From contig CABXSF010000001.1 in the NCBI GenBank assembly GCA_902514805.1, positions 14,757-78,756 on the forward strand: DNA of 64,000 nucleotides, read 5' to 3'. Numbering within the stretch: position 1 is the first letter of the stretch; every line of letters begins with the position of its first letter. Below, in pieces: positions 60,352 to 64,000 of the stretch. A program made the translations under genes and the position numbers. The notes under the pieces were generated by a model, which made no database searches, was not told where the DNA came from, and saw only the letters and a list, made by a program, of their open reading frames with translations. Source of the stretch: an uncultured Pelagibacteraceae bacterium (GTDB taxonomy: Bacteria > Pseudomonadota > Alphaproteobacteria > Pelagibacterales > Pelagibacteraceae).

Positions 60352-61893
60352 ATGTTAAATAAAAGAGCAGACAAATTAGAACTACTTAGAATAGCTGAGG
60401 CTGTAGCACTTGAAAAATCTATTGATAAAGAATTAATTATCAATTCAATGGAAACAGGAATAGCTAAAGCAGCAAAATCAAAGTTTGGAAATGAAAATGA
60501 AATTAAGGTTTCAATTAATAGAGACAGCGGAGATATTGAACTTTTTAGAAAATTAGTAGTTGTCGAAGCCCCAGAAAATACAAATACGGAAATAAGCCTT
60601 AAAGATGCAGAAAAATATGGTGAAAAAAAAATTGGAGATGAAGTTTTGCAACCCCTCCCATCTTTCGATTTTGGTCGAATAGCAGCACAAACTGCAAAAC
60701 AAGTAATAAGTTTTAATGTCAGAGAAGCAGAAAGAGAGAGGCAATTTAACGATTTTATAGAAAAAAAAGACACTATATTAAGTGGAATTGTTAAAAGACT
60801 AGAATTTGGTAATGTAATTGTCGACTTAGGGAGAACAGAGGCAATAATTCAAAAAAATGAAATGATCCCAAGAGAGAATATAAAAGCTGGAGACAGAGTG
60901 AAAGCTTATTGTTATGATGTTAGAAGAGAACAAAGAGGTCAACAAATTTTCCTATCAAGAGCACATCCAAAATTCATGGAAAAATTATTTATTCAAGAGG
61001 TACCAGAGATATACGATGGTCTTATAGAGATAAAATCATCTGCTAGAGATCCAGGTAGTAGAGCTAAAATTTGTGTTAAGGCTGTAGATACATCACTTGA
61101 TCCAGTTGGTGCATGTGTAGGTATGAGAGGAAGCAGAGTTCAAGCAGTTGTCAATGAACTACAAGGGGAAAAAATTGATATTGTAAATTGGTCAGAGGAC
61201 CCTGCTTTGGTTGTTTCAAATGCTTTATCTCCAGCTGAGGTTCAAAAGGTAATTGTAGATATAGAACAAAAAAAAATGGATGTAATATTGACTGAAGAAA
61301 ACTTGAGTAAGGCAATTGGTAGAAGAGGACAAAATGTTAGGCTTGCAACAAAACTTTTGAATTACGAAATTAATATAATGACAGACAATGAAGAGTCAGA
61401 GAGAAGACAATTAGAATTTAAAGATAAAACAGATGCTTTAATGAAAAATCTTGAAGTAGATGAAACATTAGGTCAACTACTTGTAGCAGAAGGCTTTTCA
61501 TCAATTGAGGAAATTAAAGATAGTGAAATAGACAACCTAACTAAGATAGAGGGTATCGAGGAGGAAACAGCGAAAGAATTAGTCCAAAGAGCAAAAGAGT
61601 TTTTTCAAAAAGACCAAGAAGAAATTCAACAAAAGATTAAAGATCTAGGAATTCAAGCTGACTTAACGGAACATAAAGGTCTTACACCGGGTATGCTTTT
61701 AACTCTTGGTGAACAAAAGATTCTATCATTAAATGACTTTGCAGATTTAGCCTCAGACGAATTAATTGGTGGTTTTGATATAATCAAGGGCGAAAGAATT
61801 AAAATAAAAGGTTATCTAGAGGATTTTGCTCTTTCAAAAAAAGAGGCGGATGACTTAATCATGACAGCTAGAGATAAAATTTATAAAAATTAG
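60352..61893 (+). CDS. nusA: Transcription factor NusA
   Basis: FGRIAAQ.AKQ, S1 domain, SR.HP, ARDPG.RAK, DPVGACVG.RG.R, AIG..GQNVRLA; C-terminal AR repeats. Confidence 0.98.
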   Translation: MLNKRADKLELLRIAEAVALEKSIDKELIINSMETGIAKAAKSKFGNENEIKVSINRDSGDIELFRKLVVVEAPENTNTEISLKDAEKYGEKKIGDEVLQPLPSFDFGRIAAQTAKQVISFNVREAERERQFNDFIEKKDTILSGIVKRLEFGNVIVDLGRTEAIIQKNEMIPRENIKAGDRVKAYCYDVRREQRGQQIFLSRAHPKFMEKLFIQEVPEIYDGLIEIKSSARDPGSRAKICVKAVDTSLDPVGACVGMRGSRVQAVVNELQGEKIDIVNWSEDPALVVSNALSPAEVQKVIVDIEQKKMDVILTEENLSKAIGRRGQNVRLATKLLNYEINIMTDNEESERRQLEFKDKTDALMKNLEVDETLGQLLVAEGFSSIEEIKDSEIDNLTKIEGIEEETAKELVQRAKEFFQKDQEEIQQKIKDLGIQADLTEHKGLTPGMLLTLGEQKILSLNDFADLASDELIGGFDIIKGERIKIKGYLEDFALSKKEADDLIMTARDKIYKN

Positions 61894-61905
61894 AAATGAG
61901 AAAAA

Positions 61906-64000
61906 ATGGAAACAAAAAAAACAAAATTAACTATATCAGGAAAACCCAGAAAAAACTTATATGATAAGCAGGGATTAACAAACAATAAAAATAAACAAAA
62001 GTTTGTTACTGAGAAAAAATTTTTAAAACCGTTTAATAAAAGCAATTCTGGATCCTCAAAATTTCCAAAAAAACCTTTTTTAGGCAAACCATCTTTTCCA
62101 GCCAAGACAGGAAAACCACCTTTCCCATCAAAAATAAGTGATTATGAAAGAAGAAAACTTGCAGAGCAAAGAGCAACTAAAAAAATAAAAGGGGATACTA
62201 AAGAAAAAGATGGTAAAAATAGATTTTCAACTAAAAAAAGAGAACTAAAACTAACTGTATCGAGAGCTTTAAGTGAAGATATAGAGTTTAGATCAAGAAG
62301 TATGGCCTCGATAAAAAGAGCTAGAGAGAAAGAACTTAGAGAAACTAAAAACATAAATGATGATGAAAATTCAAAAAATGTAAAAAGAGAAGTTAATATA
62401 CCAGAGCTTATTACTATTAGAGATCTAGCAAATCGAATGGCCGAACAATCGTCTAATATTATTAAACATTTGATGGGAATGGGTGTTACAGTAACAATAA
62501 ATCATACTATCGATTCTGATACCGCTGAATACTTGGTAAAAGAATTTGGTCATATTCCTATAAAGGAAAAAAAAGCTGAAGAAATAGTCAGTAAAATTAA
62601 AGATGTAAAATCTGAAAATCTTCAAAACAGACCACCAATAATAACTGTGATGGGTCATGTGGATCATGGAAAAACTTCCGTATTAGATGTGCTAAGAAGC
62701 ACAAACGTTGTTTCAGGCGAACATGGCGGAATTACTCAGCATGTTGGTGCATATCAAATAACTCATAAAAATGAAAAAATAACTTTTATAGATACGCCTG
62801 GCCATGCTGCATTTACAGAGATGAGAGCGAGAGGTTCAAAATTAACTGATATTGTTGTGTTAGTTGTTGCTGCAAATGATGGAGTTAAACCTCAAACAAT
62901 AGAGTCGATCAAACATGCTAAAGCTGCAAAGGTACCTATTGTTGTGGCAATTAATAAATGTGATTTACCAGATGCCGATCCTCAAAAAGTTAAAAATCAG
63001 CTCCTTGAACATGAATTAATCTCTGAAGACTTATCAGGAGACACTCTTACAATAGAAATTTCAGCAAAAACGAAAAAAAATATTGATAAACTTTTAGAGT
63101 CCATTACTTTACAAGCTGAACTTCTAAATTTGAAAACAGATTATGACAACAAAGCAACTGGTATTGTTTTAGAGTCAAAAATTGATATTGGAAGAGGTCC
63201 AATTGCAAATATAATTGTGACATCTGGAAAACTTAAGAAAGGGGATCATTTTGTATGTGGGCCTCAATGGGGAAAAGTGAGAGCTATAATCGATGATAAC
63301 GGAAAATCAGTTGACGAAGCTTTACCATCCACTCCAGTTGAAATATTGGGTATAAGCGGGGCCTCAAAATCTGGAGATGATTTTTTGGTTCTTGATACTG
63401 ATAAAGAAGCTAAAGTTTTAAGTGAAGCAAGAATTAATGAATCTCAATCAAAAAAAGGCCAAGTATCTCTTATAACTCAAGACTCTGCTTTTAAGGACCA
63501 AACAAGTGAAGAATTAAATATAATTATTAAGTCAGATGTTCATGGTTCTTCTGAAGCGATTAAAAATGCTGTAAATTTAATAAAACATGATGAGGTTAAA
63601 TTAAAGATAATTTTATCAGATGTAGGAATGGTAACTGAAACTGACGTAAATTTAGCAAAAGCTTCGAATGCTGTTTTAATAGCTTTCAATGTCAAGCCAA
63701 GTAAAGAGGCAAAAAAAATTGCTGAGCAGAGTGCAGTAAAAATTTCATCTTTTAATATAATTTATGAATTAATTGACTTCGTAAAAAGCAAGATGTCTGG
63801 CCTGTTATCTCCAGTAGTTGAGGAAAGCATAATTGGTTCGGCAGAAATTTTAGAGATTTTTAAAGTATCAAAAGTTGGTAAAGTTGCTGGCTCGAAAGTA
63901 ACTACAGGTGAAATAAATCAAGACTCTTTAGCGAGGGTCATTAGAGATGGAACAGTGGTATTCACAGGAAAAATAGGATCAATTTATAGAGAAAAAAATC
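61906..64000 (+). CDS. infB: Translation initiation factor IF-2 (runs off the window end)
   Basis: Not in the track because there is no stop. From ATG 61906: [12 protein letters not shown]..., in frame with [47 protein letters not shown]. Confidence 0.97.
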   Translation, partial: METKKTKLTISGKPRKNLYDKQGLTNNKNKQKFVTEKKFLKPFNKSNSGSSKFPKKPFLGKPSFPAKTGKPPFPSKISDYERRKLAEQRATKKIKGDTKEKDGKNRFSTKKRELKLTVSRALSEDIEFRSRSMASIKRAREKELRETKNINDDENSKNVKREVNIPELITIRDLANRMAEQSSNIIKHLMGMGVTVTINHTIDSDTAEYLVKEFGHIPIKEKKAEEIVSKIKDVKSENLQNRPPIITVMGHVDHGKTSVLDVLRSTNVVSGEHGGITQHVGAYQITHKNEKITFIDTPGHAAFTEMRARGSKLTDIVVLVVAANDGVKPQTIESIKHAKAAKVPIVVAINKCDLPDADPQKVKNQLLEHELISEDLSGDTLTIEISAKTKKNIDKLLESITLQAELLNLKTDYDNKATGIVLESKIDIGRGPIANIIVTSGKLKKGDHFVCGPQWGKVRAIIDDNGKSVDEALPSTPVEILGISGASKSGDDFLVLDTDKEAKVLSEARINESQSKKGQVSLITQDSAFKDQTSEELNIIIKSDVHGSSEAIKNAVNLIKHDEVKLKIILSDVGMVTETDVNLAKASNAVLIAFNVKPSKEAKKIAEQSAVKISSFNIIYELIDFVKSKMSGLLSPVVEESIIGSAEILEIFKVSKVGKVAGSKVTTGEINQDSLARVIRDGTVVFTGKIGSIYREKN

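Noticed and set aside
1485-62667. The many 60-140 aa ORFs in the track that lie antisense or out of frame within core genes (e.g. 1485-1856, 11836-12255, 39234-39545, 48898-49230, 60342-60773)
   Set aside because: Shadow ORFs of well-supported genes with no motifs; expected from codon bias.
1-64000. tRNA, rRNA or CRISPR arrays
   Set aside because: No intergenic space contains GC-rich cloverleaf motifs or regularly spaced repeats. A covariance-model scan would be needed to exclude small ncRNAs formally.

Overview
Very AT-rich, extremely compact alphaproteobacterial chromosome segment. Gene order, composition and minimal spacers point to SAR11/Pelagibacterales (inference). The window spans the probable replication origin (about 14544-14821, between the DUF299/PDRP gene and hemE). 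It is almost entirely core housekeeping: ftsK-lolA, his genes, hslVU, dnaQ-coaE-aroE-maf, hemEHJ-rho, mnmE-mnmG-rsmG-parAB, leuS, a major porin, dnaK-dnaJ-grpE, maeB, murJ-trpS, fur-miaB-phoH-ybeY-lnt-metK and nusA-infB. The only clearly accessory block is a three-gene cassette between rho and mnmE: two SPINDLY-like GT41 glycosyltransferases flanking a PAPS-dependent sulfotransferase. Reading outside the ORF track revealed a 35-aa minimal ArfA-like ribosome-rescue gene, a 56-aa two-TM protein in the dnaK-dnaJ-dapB run, a 16-codon TatA-like micro-ORF with a strong SD, a perfect parS inside rsmG, DnaA boxes with a DnaA-trio-like tract, a rimP-leader-type terminator in front of nusA although rimP is absent, and a +1 frameshift in mnmE. 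I saw no rRNA, tRNA, CRISPR array or mobile element. All family assignments come from motif recognition and recalled synteny; no database search was run.
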